The position numbers were made by a program, and so were the translations under genes. From Octopus sinensis (taxonomy: Eukaryota), in the NCBI RefSeq assembly GCF_006345805.1, contig NC_043017.1, positions 6,882,001-6,946,000 on the forward strand: a stretch of DNA of 64,000 bases. The letters are read 5' to 3'. Each line of letters opens with the position of its first letter. The first letter of the stretch is position 1. Shown piece after piece: positions 1-11,574 of the stretch. The notes under the pieces were generated by a model. The model did no database searches. It saw nothing but the letters and a program-made list of their open reading frames with translations, and was not told where the DNA came from.

Positions 1-39
1 CACCAATGTAAAGCGGCATGGGGAAGAGGACATAAGCAC

Positions 40-61
40 ACACACACACACACACACACAC

Positions 62-93
<32 letters not shown>

Positions 94-480
94 ATCGACG
101 GGGTTCCGTATAGTTTCCGTCCATTAAATTCACTCACAAATGTATTAGTCAGACTAAGGCTATATCCTTTTCTACTCTAAGCACAGGCCCGAAATTTTGA
201 GTGGAGGGGCCAGTCGATTAGATCGACCCCCAGTACGCAACTGGTACTTGATTTATCAACCCCGAAAGGATGAAAAGCAAAGTCGACCTCGGCAGAATTT
301 GAACTCAGAACGTAACGGCAGACGAAATACCACTAAGCATCTCGCCTGGCGTGCTAACGATTCTGCTAGTTCGCCGCCATTGGAAGGCACTAAGGCTATA
401 ATGGAAGACACTTGCCCAAAGTGCCATGCAGTAGGACTGAACCTGAAACCAAGTGATCGCAAAGCGAGTTTCTTAACCAC
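40..480 (-). mobile_element. tRNA-derived SINE family B (CORE-like ccttgggcaagtgtc block, internal microsatellite), interrupted by a family A SINE
   Basis: Similar to many copies in this window; split at 165-388. Confidence 0.7.
166..378 (-). mobile_element. tRNA-derived SINE family A (Meta-domain-like core gtcgactttgcctttcatcctttcggggtcgat)
   Basis: A-box-like TGGCAGAATCGTTAGC and B-box GAGTTCAAATTC on the minus strand; flanked by the direct repeat ACTAAGGCTATA (153-164, 389-400). Confidence 0.8.
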
Positions 481-529
481 ACAGCCCAGCTTGGTGGAAA
501 GCTTAACAAAATATGGAGCTGAGACTTAC

Positions 530-614
530 CTGAAGAAAGAACTATAGCATAGGCGCACGCTATATGGAAGCCTTTACACGAATCTATGATCACTCGCATC
601 GTGTACATACTCAT
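530..614 (-). CDS. NOX4: NOX4 coding exon 4 (MSMYTMRVIIDSCKGFHIACAYAIVLSS+1 nt), includes the first heme-ligand His
   Basis: Acceptor ttttctctcttccAG, donor CAG|GTAAGT, 85 nt, phase 0 to 1. Aligns to NOX4 RRLLDKSRTFHITCG, with FH equivalent to human His105. Confidence 0.9.
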
Positions 615-1676
615 CTGGAAGAGAGAAAAGATAAAATAAAACCAGTTTTTCGTCATAAGTATATATTAGCGACAAAGGAAGCATTAACACTGCAAAGTAA
701 TATTGGGTTGTCCGGAAAGTTCGTGCCGATTTTTGAAGGAAAGAAAAAGGTCAATAAATACTTGCAATTACATTTTTAATCAACCAAATATGGACTATTT
801 TGTTGCACAATCTTTCCTTTAACTTGAAAATACCCTCTTCCCAGAATTGAAGCCGAAAGGTAAGCTACTAAAAATCGGCACGAACTTTCCGGACAACCAA
901 TATTTAACGGCATTTAAATGCGTTCGACGCTCTGACAATTCTACCAATCAATGATTTACTATGCCGAGCAAGGGGAGTGGGGTGTATTTATGCATTCGAA
1001 GTACTCTGAGTTCTTCGTTTCTGTGCGTCCGTTTCGACAAGAATATGAATTCTGATCGAGCGAACGAACGCGCGCGTGTGTGTATGATGTGTGTATGTGT
1101 GTGTGTTGAAATGGCACTTTTCGTCGATGTATGAGAACTTACTACGTGTTGAACATAAGGGTAATATTAACAAATTTCCGTTTTTACGACTTGAGTTTCA
1201 CGCTACAGCGATTATCAGGCCAGAACTGCCATAACTGTTTTTCCTTTATCCAGCAGTGCGGACTGTTTTTTTTTTTCTCTTTTTTTTATTTATTCATGTC
1301 GTTTGGGTTAACCGATTAATCTTTCTTGTATTTTTTTAACCACTAAACGTTGTCTGCAACTTAGTTACCAATATTGTATTCTGTTTCATTAGAGGTACAT
1401 GTCCAGTACTGGTGGCGTGAAACGTGAGTCGCAAAAAAAGAACTCAGAATATATGTGTGTTTGTGTGTCTCACGTACAAGCTAAGTCTGTACGTGTGTGC
1501 CTGTATGTGTGTGTGTGCAAGCGTGCATGCAGAGAAAGGTTAACAGATAATTCATAAACACATCAATTGATGAGCAAATGGGTGAATAGATTATGCGATT
1601 AGTTACAGACAGTTTCTCAAACATAGAAGATGTAAAACACTCATGTCATGCTTTAATTTCACGTCTGTCAACTTTA

Positions 1677-1707
1677 CTCTGAAGAAGGACTTTATCCGAA
1701 ACGTTAG
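1677..1707 (+). ncRNA. Minimal type I hammerhead-like motif
   Basis: CT-CTGAAGA-A-GGA(cttta)TCC-GAAA-CGTT-AG; stem I has only 2 bp. Confidence 0.4.
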
Positions 1708-1886
1708 ATACTCTACTCCCCACAGGAATATCACTGTACTCTTTCGGTCACTTTTTACAAATAATGCAAGTCTTACCGACGCAGACCACCACCAGTCTTC
1801 TTAGATTTTGTTCTATCTGTCAGATTGATTAACGTATGGTTGGTTGAACGGTTTGGATTAAAAATAAAGAAGGAATCTCTACTAAC

Positions 1887-2000
1887 CTTTCTTAGTATGC
1901 CACGTAAGGAAGTAACTACGACTCGACACATTGGTAGAAGAACCAATCCACAATTGAGATTTATCACAGCCGCCGACCCACGTGAGATACACAGCGATGA
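1887..2000 (-). CDS. NOX4: NOX4 coding exon 3 (SSLCISRGSAAVINLNCGLVLLPMCRVVVTSLRGILRK)
   Basis: Acceptor cttctgtttcttccatttcAG, donor AAG|GTTAGT, 114 nt. Matches NOX4 LCLSRASASVLNLNCSLILLPMCR..LRG. Confidence 0.95.
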
Positions 2001-2317
2001 CTGAAATGGAAGAAACAGAAGGGAAGGCAGCGGTAAGGTTTCAATTCTAGTGAACATCGTATCTTCAGCAACCATCACATCCACCACCTTATCAAATCCG
2101 CCACGACAGTACTACAGCCGCTACCACAACGCTGCATATACCACCAGACCAGTACAGCAACTATATCTACCACCACCACCACCACCACCACACTGCAGCG
2201 ATCACGCAACATCACAACCACTACGGCAATAACCAGCTCACTTCTACAACACTCGCAACACCACCATTTATATGTGTATCACAACAGCCTGACAGCCACT
2301 AGCATACCACTACAACC

Positions 2318-2627
2318 ATGGCTGAATACTCCGTCGGTTACGACGATGAGTGTTCCAGTTGCTCCGGTCAACAGAACAGTCTGTTCATGAAATTAACGTG
2401 CAAGTGGCTGAATACTCCACAGACACCCGTCATACCCTTAACATAGTTCTCGGGGAGATTCAGTGTGACACAGAATCTGACAATTACTGGTACAACTCAT
2501 TTTTGCCAGCTGAGTGAGCTGGAACAACGTGAAATAAAGTGTCTTGCTCAAGGACAAAACACACCACCAGGAATCGAACTATCGACCATACGATCATGAG
2601 CCGAATCCACTAACAACTAAGCCATGT
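2318..2627 (-). mobile_element. tRNA-derived SINE family C (head ggcttagt.gttag, core gtccttgagcaagacac)
   Basis: Homologous to 14722-14980 (+) and 62350-62700 (-). Confidence 0.7.
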
Positions 2628-2780
2628 GGTATCACACTACAACCATCATCATACTATGATACTCCTATGTATACCACTACAACCATAAACACATCACTAC
2701 AACAACCACCTCACCACTATATACACTACCACACTACTACAATCACCACCACACCGCTACAGCCTTCACCACAACACTCT

Positions 2781-2826
<46 letters not shown>

Positions 2827-2890
2827 CATTTGTGTCTGTGCTTATCCCCACCACCGCTTGACAACCGGTAGAATAAGTACTAGGGGTTTT

Positions 2891-3326
2891 TTGTGGAAAG
2901 TAGCTTGCTTACCATCTATATGGTTCTGCGTTCAGTCCCACTGCGTGGCACCTTGGGCAAGTGTCTTCTACTATAGCCTCGGGCCGACCAAAGCCTTGTG
3001 AGCGGATTTGGTTGACGGAAACTGAAAGAAGCTTGTCGTATGTATATATATATATATATATGTATGTATATATGTGTGTGTGTGAGTGTGTGTGTGTGTG
3101 TTTGTGTGTGTGTGTTTGTCCCCCCAACATCGCTTGACAACCGATGCTGGTATGTTTACGTCCCCGTTACTTAGCGGTTCAGCAAAAGAGCCCGATAGAA
3201 TAAGTACTAGGCTTACAAAGAATAAGTCCCGGGGTCGATTTGCTCGACTAAAAGACGGTGCTCCAGCATGGCTGCAGTCAAATGACTGAAACAAGTAAAA
3301 GAGTAAAGAGTAAAGAGTAAAGAGTA
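2891..3326 (+). mobile_element. SINE family B, near full length, (AAGAGT)n-type tail
   Basis: Head ggttc.g.gttcagtcccactgcgtggcaccttgggcaag, internal (TA)/(TG) tract, 3' ctccagcatggc.gcagtcaaatgactgaaacaag. Confidence 0.8.
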
Positions 3327-3464
3327 CCACTGCAACTATCGCCATACTACCACACTATATACACTTTTTCAACAACCATACCACTTATTATTCAACTATC
3401 ACGCAGTACTGTTACAGCCCCTGGCATCCCCATCATGGAAACGATTTAAAAAGGGTTTACTTAC

Positions 3465-3560
3465 CCCTAACATCTGGTGTACGTAGTAGAACCGTGGCTC
3501 ATATTTGTAACGGTTGTACGTTCGATAAAACAGCAACACACAGATAAACGCCCATAGGAC
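3465..3560 (-). CDS. NOX4: NOX4 coding exon 2 (VLWAFICVLLFYRTYNRYKYEPRFYYVHQMLG)
   Basis: Acceptor ttttctctctctctctttccgacAG, donor GGG|GTAAGT, 96 nt. Matches the NOX4 motif YHYLHQMLG. Confidence 0.93.
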
Positions 3561-3640
3561 CTGTCGGAAAGAGAGAGAGAGAAAATAAATAAGAAAGAAG
3601 TTGGATAATCTGAAATTGTGTGTGTGTATTATATATATCA

Positions 3641-4604
3641 CTTTACTACCCACAAGGGGCTAAACACAGAGGGGACAAACAAGGACAGACAAAGGGATTA
3701 AGTCGATTATATCGACTCCAGTGCGTAACTGGTACTTATTTAATCGACCCCGAAAAGATGAAAGGCAAAGTCGACCTCGGCGGAATTTGAACTCAGAACG
3801 TAGTGGCGGACGAAATACCTATTTCTTTACTACCCACAAGGGGCTAAACACAGAGGGGACAAACAAGGAGAGACAAAGGGATTAAATCGATTACATCGAC
3901 CCCAGTGCATAACTGGTACTTATTTAATCGACCCTGAAAGGGTGAAAGGCAAAGTCGACCTCAGTGGAATTTGAACTCAGAACGTAGTGGCAGACGAAAT
4001 ACCTATTTCTTTACTACCCACAAGGGGCTAAACACAGAGAGGACAAACAAGGACAGACAAAGGGATTAAGTCGATTACATCGACCCCACTGCATAACTGG
4101 TACTTATTTAATCGACCCCGAAAAGATGAAAGGCAAAGTCGACCTCGGCGGAATTTGAACTCAGAACGTAGTGGCGGACGAAATACCTATTTCTTTACTA
4201 CCCACAAGGGGCTAAACACAGAGGGGACAAACAAGGAGAGACAAAGGGATTAAATCGATTACATCGACCCCACTGCATAACTGGTACTTATTTAATCGAC
4301 CCTGAAAGGGTGAAAGGCAAAGTCGACCTCAGTGGAATTTGAACTCAGAACGTAGTGGCAGACGAAATACCTATTTCTTTACTACCCACAAGGGGCTAAA
4401 CACAGAGAGGACAAACAAGGACAGACAAAGGGATTAAGTCGATTACATCGACCCCACTGCATAACTGGTACTTATTTAATCGACCCTGAAAGGATGAAAG
4501 GCAACGTCGACCTCGGCGGAATTTGAACTCAGAAAATAACAGCAGACGAAATACTAGCTAAGCATTTCGCCCGGCGTGCTAACGTTTCTGCCAGCTCACC
4601 GCCT
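3641..4604 (-). repeat. Head-to-tail array of five family A SINE units, 184-bp period, 368-bp higher-order repeat
   Basis: Units start at 3641, 3825, 4009, 4193 and 4377; only the unit ending at 4604 carries the full tRNA-like head. Confidence 0.92.
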
Positions 4605-4779
4605 TAAAACAAAAAAATATTGAAAAGAAGAATGTACTGTGAATAGACAAAAACGGTAGTGGCACCAACTGTGGAGGAAAAGGGGAAGATTTGGTTCCAC
4701 GATAGATCACTGACTAAAAATATTTTGTAAGTGGGTGGTTGGTATTTCCTACGTTGAATTAACCAATTCTTTTTATTTT

Positions 4780-5400
4780 TTAATTTTTTTTTTATTTTTA
4801 CTAAATTGTTCATTCATAAACAAAATAAATATACAATATCCATCCATTAATAGAAAAATGTTAGCGTGTTTCCTGTCGACATCTGTTCCGATATTTCGAT
4901 AACAATGACGTTCTTTGTCCTTATAATGATTTCTTTATTCACCACAGAGACCAAGGACGGTGTAGAAACAATATAATAACGATCTGGTGAAAGATTACAC
5001 GAAGGCGTGTAAACAGTAAAATAACAAAAACAATGGAACAAAAAATTCAGACAAAAAAAAATTCCAACAAGAAAAAAATTCAAACATGAAAAGAAAAATT
5101 CCCCAAGGGCGGGGAGACATCCGAGATCAGCTCGTGAAAACCCCACCAAACCATGATCACCCAGACCCCTAGGGCAACTGGCCTCGCCACACCCGCTTCT
5201 CTCAATCTGCAGTCGCAAGCTGGCCCGGTCACCCAGCTTACCACAAATTCACTGGAAGATAGTATTTTCCTCAAATCTCTTTTCTAATACATTACCGGAT
5301 CTCCTGCCCGACTTCCAGAAATCCGAATCTACAATACAATGCCATGCAATATGCTGTAACCCTGTACTGAATAAGTAGAGCGTTTTTGAAATTGGTCAGT
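4780..5400 (-). mobile_element. Probable L1/Tx1-like LINE 3' end
   Basis: Minus-strand peptide RKILSSSEFVVSW followed by a T-rich 3' UTR and an A-rich tail; the ccccaaggg segment recurs near 16090. Confidence 0.35.
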
Positions 5401-5404
5401 TTAC

Positions 5405-5820
5405 TCTTTTACTCTCTCTTTTACTTGTTTCATTCATTTGACTGCGGCTATGCTGGAGCACCGCCTTTAGTCGAGCAAATCAACCCCAGGACTTATTCAT
5501 TGTAAGCATGGTACTTATTCTATCGGTCTCCTTTTACCGAACCGCTAAGTTACGGGGACGTAAACACACCAGCATCGGTTGTCAAGCGATGTTGGGGGGA
5601 CAAACACAGACACACAAACATATACACGCTCATACATATATATATATATATATACATATATACGACGGGCTTCTTTCAGTTTCCGTCTACCAAATCCACT
5701 CACAAGGCTTTGGTCAGCCCGAGGCTATAGTACAAGGCACATGCCTAAGGTGCCACGCAGTGGGACTGAACCCGGAACTATGTGGCTCGTAAGCAAGCAA
5801 CTTACCACACAGCCACTCCT
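5405..5820 (-). mobile_element. SINE family B, full length
   Basis: Reverse complement of the 2891-3326 family consensus. Confidence 0.8.
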
Positions 5821-6424
5821 ACTAAAAATGGGCTAAAAATAGTTTTGGTTTTTGTCTTTTTTAAGCGAATCGATAATGATTAAAGACATTCTGCTTTAGA
5901 ATTGCATTAATTTGTACCTGTAACTGTTAAATAAAAACATGTTTTTATGTTCGTTTAATTTTCATTTTATAAAATTTTCAGCTATAAGATACATCTTGCG
6001 GATGCTTCTAGTCTCAGAGGGTTTCTGTTTTTTCAACATCAGAACCCCTCGCCCATTTGACCCCGTCGGGGTTGATCATGTTCCAGCCTCTGCATCCCAA
6101 TAGCAGCAAACCATTGGTCTGCTCTTTTTATCCAAATCCATCCAGTGGCCTTCCCTGCAGTTTTAGTGATAGAAATAAGTAAAGAAAATAAAAGATAGAA
6201 GATATATTCGGACCGTCTTTAGAAAACCGGAAACTCTAGAAATTCAAATCACTTCCAATCCCAAGCTTGCCGGATATTTGGTCGAAAACTTTGTGGAGGC
6301 ACAAGCTCAAGACCGAACACTTCGTATTTATTTATAAACTTGGTTTTTTTATATTATTTTTTTAATTTTCCGTTATATATATAGTGAGAATTTACAAAAT
6401 AGTACATACACACACACACAAACA

Positions 6425-6519
<95 letters not shown>

Positions 6520-7016
6520 ATATATGTACGTATATATATATATATGAAATTTCATATTGCTATTCAGATATTACTTTTCATAGTTGGGAACAAATTCATT
6601 CTTTGTTAGGAAGGGAAACAGAGAAGAAGGGGAAACAGAACATGATAAAGATCACGTAATCAAACTTCCGGTCGAGCAGCAGAAAATATATGCGTAACAC
6701 ATTTTGACCTTTAAGAAATGTTTTTAACGGGAGTAATTCGTCTTGGGATTTTATCGTTTTTTTTTCACCTTTCTACTTGTTCTGGTCGTTGGACTGCGGC
6801 CATGCTGGAGCACCGCCTTGAAGGATTTAGCCAGACAAACCCACCTCGGTACTTATTATCATCTAAACTCAGGCACGTATGTTAACGGTCTCTTTCGTCG
6901 AACCGCTAAGTTACGGGGACGTAAACTAACCAACACCGGTTGTCAAGCTGTGGAGCTGGGAAACAAACACAAAGACAGATACACACATCGATAGATAGAT
7001 AGATAGATAGATAGAC

Positions 7017-7049
<33 letters not shown>

Positions 7050-7050
7050 T

Positions 7051-7130
<80 letters not shown>

Positions 7131-7364
7131 GTTTCTTTATTGGCCACACAGGGCTGCACACAGATGGGACAAGTTACAAGGTAGAGCTTTTCTTTTGGGG
7201 AATGAAGAAAACAAAAAAAAAGGGGGTGGCGTAGGTTTTCGATCAAGAGGGATCGTAAAAGGGAAGAAAAGAACAAAAAAAATTAATAAATAAATAAATA
7301 AAATAAAAATAAAAAGAATAAAAAGAAAAAAAAGGAAAAGAAAAAGGAACAAGAGAAAAGAGAA

Positions 7365-7395
<31 letters not shown>

Positions 7396-7426
7396 TATAG
7401 ATAGATAGATAGATAGACAGATAGGC

Positions 7427-7510
<84 letters not shown>

Positions 7511-7541
7511 GTTTTTGTTTGTGTATGTGTGCGTGTGTGTG

Positions 7542-8390
7542 TATGACGGGTTACCCAAAAGTAATCGGAAGCGTTCTCTGTGGGACAAGCCCGTTGTAGT
7601 TCAGGTTCCCCACTTGAGTGCGACCCTCTTGTGACCCCCAGGCATCAGTCTGCCGACTGGCGTCGTTCGCTGTGGTCGTACTGTCAGGTGATGCGTCTTT
7701 GAATTGCAGCGCTTTTCTTCTGTTCGTCGATTTTTGCGTGCTTCCGTGACATTCTGTTTTCTGCCCGGGAAAAACGGCGGCTGAAACAGCTGTCATGCTT
7801 CAAATAGCGTATAAGGACGTTGCCATACGCAAAAACATGAGTTTACGAGAAGTTTTTACGCAGGGTGACCGGCGACCTCACGAACGAATGAAAACATAAC
7901 GAAAACTCATGAACTGATCTTGGAAGACCATCACCGAACAAATGACGAACTTGTTGATATGATTGGTGTGTCCTGAAGCTCCTTCCAACGAATTTTGAGC
8001 GAGGAATTGCGAATGAAAAGAGTTGCAGTTACATTTGTGCCTTGCTTGCTCATGGAAGATCAAAAGCAGTCACGACTGAATGCGTGTCGTGAACTGAAAG
8101 AAAACATTTGGAATTTTTTTTTTTTTTTTCAAAGGTCATTACTGGTGACAAAAGCTGGTGCTACGGAATTTGCAGATGTGGAAGAGGTGAAGAAAAAAAC
8201 GAGGGAGGCGTTAAAAGGCATCACTTCACCAGAGTTCCAGCACTGCTTCGAATAGTGGAAAACGCTCGTGGACCGATGCGTTGCTTCAAATAGAGAATAC
8301 TTTTAAGGCGATAAAAGTGCAAACATCTAAAACTAAGTGAATAAAATAAAATTGTAAAATCACGGTTTCTTTTGGGTACCCCATCATGTA
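7542..8390 (+). mobile_element. Internally deleted mariner transposon
   Basis: Imperfect TIRs (tatgacgggttacccaaaagtaatcgg / ccgtg-type inverse of cacggtttcttttgggtaccccatcatgta). Relic peptides ILSEELRMKRVAVTFVPCLLMEDQKQSR, VITGDKSWCYG and FADVEEVKKKTREALKGI..CFE*WK..DRCVASNREYF, with stops and frameshifts. Confidence 0.85.
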
Positions 8391-8437
8391 TGTGTGTGTA
8401 TATATATATATATATATATAGATATATATATATATAT

Positions 8438-8646
8438 AGTTAATCCAAACATGAAAACACAAAGAGAAAACACAACAACACGAGGACGTAGAACAAGTAT
8501 AGTATTATTGGACGCTCAGGAAAGAAGGAGGGTTTAACGTTTCGAGCGGGAGCTCTTCGTCAGAAACATAGGAAAAAGAAAGATCCAAAGAAGGGAAAAC
8601 AGAGGGGAAAAAATCGCCAACGGTAAACACGAGGTCACATTTTGAA
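8438..8646 (-). mobile_element. ~210-bp Penelope-terminus/retrozyme-like repeat (HH family 1) carrying a hammerhead motif at 8532-8567
   Basis: Five homologous copies in the window, each running into (TA)n. Minus strand reads GTTT-CTGACGA-A-GAGC(tccc)GCTC-GAAA-CGTT-AAAC. Confidence 0.65.
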
Positions 8647-9234
8647 CATGTATATATATATATATATATATATACATACATGCACAGCCACATACGTAAC
8701 ATCATTAGTGTTGTAATTGTTAAATTTTTAAACCTTAAACAAGACACGCAACTCTACTTTATTGAAACACGCCAACATATCAAACAACGGCAAGCATGCT
8801 AACAAAACAAAGATTTTTTTTTTAAATCAACATTTTCAAAATGTAATTAATTCTGGTTTAATCAGGTCACCAAAATTTCTAAACTAAATATTTGTTAAGC
8901 ATAATTTTAAACCAGAAAGAAAAATCTAAAGTTACGTTGGCTTCCGAAAGGAAATTCAGTCCCATGGGGAAGTAATTTTATATTGTAATAAGAGAGAATG
9001 GAAATCTTGTCGGTGATTTATTAGGTCTACCAAAATGTTGGAAACGAAGATCAGTTTCTGTCGAGGTCAAATAATTTCAACGTAACTTAATAACTGGAGG
9101 TTAAACGTTGAATACTGTGAACATACAGCATGTCGCTGATTTTATTCAAAAACTCAAGGCAAATTGCCGTTAAAGCTATATGTACATGCTATATAAATTC
9201 TGTGTGCGCTCGCGTGTATGTGTGTATATATGTT

Positions 9235-9280
<46 letters not shown>

Positions 9281-9321
9281 ACATATAGGAAAATGTGTAG
9301 ATGTGTGTGTGTATACATGCA

Positions 9322-9354
<33 letters not shown>

Positions 9355-9639
9355 GCATCTATATATAAGGACACAGATCGTGTCGTATAGCCAGCTGGAG
9401 ACGATGTCTCCTGGGGCTAAATTACACCAACATTCGTCCTAAACTAGGGCTGGCATGTTATGTTGGCAAATAATCTTTACTCCAAAATACTGTTGCTGAA
9501 TATCTCTCGTTGTGAAATTTACAAATAGTAATTTTCTAATACGTCTATACAACTGTATGTATGTATGTATGTACGTATGTATGTATATATACATTTATAC
9601 ATCTCACACATTTTCCTATATATATATGTGTGTGTGTCA

Positions 9640-9672
<33 letters not shown>

Positions 9673-9769
9673 CTTTTATTATTTTATATGTTTCAGTCCA
9701 ATGACTGTGGCCATGCTGGAGCACCGCCATTATGATCATCTTTCCACTTTCCACCTTTGTCGGAGCGGC

Positions 9770-10063
9770 TTTTGGTGAAGGAGGGAGCTCGATGTTACTG
9801 CCCTCTTTTGAGTTTCTTGCCTAGATATTGGCTCATCCGGGATCTCGGCGAGCCAGAGGTCAAGTTCACATTGAAAACGTCTACATCCACTCCATGGAGG
9901 CTCCTCAGATGCCTCAGCAGACAGTTAAGCAGCTGTGGGCCCATGAAACCCAAGCTATTGCAGTACATCGTCCTTGCCCGAGATGAAGCAGTCAGCACAG
10001 TAGGGATAGCACAGTGACATCCTGTTCATGGTCTGGTATAGCTCCTTATTCTAAAGTTTGGTA

Positions 10064-10065
<2 letters not shown>
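9770..10065 (-). mobile_element. CR1/L2-like LINE 3' fragment
   Basis: Peptide YCNSLGFMGPQLLNCLLRHLRSLHGVDVDVF resembles a CR1/L2-clade ORF2 C-terminus. Confidence 0.5.
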
Positions 10066-10128
<63 letters not shown>

Positions 10129-10131
<3 letters not shown>

Positions 10132-10405
10132 TTATATATAAAATTGAAGTCGTGTGTGTGAGACTCTGTCTCCTCCGATTTAGATTCCTAACTACTCCCA
10201 CATTTTGCGGTGCAGTTTAACCAAAAGCGGGTATCTTATAGTCGTCATTCATATCGAGCCCTTCTGGGTATTAGCGCGCGTCTACGATGAGTGTTTCCAC
10301 ATTTTTAAAGATTTTTGCTCGGGTTATATAAGGGAGTAACTCTCTAAAAATGCTTATATAGTTATTTCCCTTACAAACCCGAGCAACGCCGGGCGATACT
10401 GCTAG
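10129..10405 (+). mobile_element. Non-autonomous Helitron (277 bp)
   Basis: A|TC start, subterminal hairpin CCCG-agcaacgc-CGGG, CTAG|T end, inserted between A and T in (TA)n. Confidence 0.75.
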
Positions 10406-10769
10406 TATATATATATATATATAAATATAACGTATGTATGTATGTACGTACATATGTATGGTTCTCAATGTCATCATTTCAATATATTTAAACGTTTTAA
10501 ACGTTTAATGAAACAAACAGGCACTCCAGTTTTAAGGCTCCGAAGATGCTAAAAGGTGCTGAACTGTCAGTCATCTTAGAGTTCATGTATATCACTGCAC
10601 ATAGCAGAAACAGTTGTAAGCTAATGAAGTTGAAGCCATGATTCCTGTTCTCTTGCCTTTCATTTTTTAATATAATGCTCTGTACTTCCCTCAAGCCTTA
10701 TTCCAAAACATATGTATAATGCGTTCTAACAACTGCTAATTAGTATCGTTACTCATGAGCGAAATCATA

Positions 10770-10830
<61 letters not shown>

Positions 10831-10931
10831 GTGTGCAGTTTCTGGTTCTTTAGATGTTGAAGAAACAATAACAGGAAGAGCAACGCTTTCTTGCATTAAT
10901 TAAATCTGAACATTTGAAACAATAACCATTG

Positions 10932-10972
<41 letters not shown>

Positions 10973-11073
10973 CACATGCGCCTGCACCACACACGCACAC
11001 ACGCACACACACACACACACACACACATGCACACACACGCACGCACACACACACATACGCCTGCACCACACAC

Positions 11074-11154
<81 letters not shown>

Positions 11155-11524
11155 TGTATATATAATATGTATATATACATATATATATGTATGCATATAT
11201 GTATGTGTGTTTATAAATATATATACATATATCCATTCATATATATATATATATGCGTGTGTGTGTGTGTGTTTGTGCATATATGCATATATGCACATAT
11301 ATATACATATTTATATACACAGACACGCATGCATATATATATATGGGAGAGAGGGGGAGAGAGAGGGAGAGACTATTAACACACAAAGTATTAAATTACG
11401 GGCTTGTTTCATAACCCTTCATAGGAAATCCCGTGGGAACCCAAACGTTGTGGGAGTGGGAAGGGGGAGATAATAGCGTAATATTTTTGACGAGGGGCGG
11501 TGGTTGGTTAGATTTCTGCCTCTG

Positions 11525-11574
<50 letters not shown>

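Noticed and set aside
1968-2030. Apparent plus-strand 63-nt exon PPTHVRYTAMTEMEETEGKAA with AG/GT ends
   Set aside because: It overlaps the antisense of NOX4 exon 3 and its polypyrimidine tract, which explains the sequence fully.
3641-4604. CRISPR-like array
   Set aside because: Contiguous 184-bp SINE-derived units without unique spacers, in a eukaryotic context. The same reasoning applies to 56020-57510.
4857-5009. Short plus-strand ORF ending TETKDGVETIYNDLVKDYTKACKQ
   Set aside because: It lies within the antisense of a probable LINE 3' UTR and has no splice or homology support.
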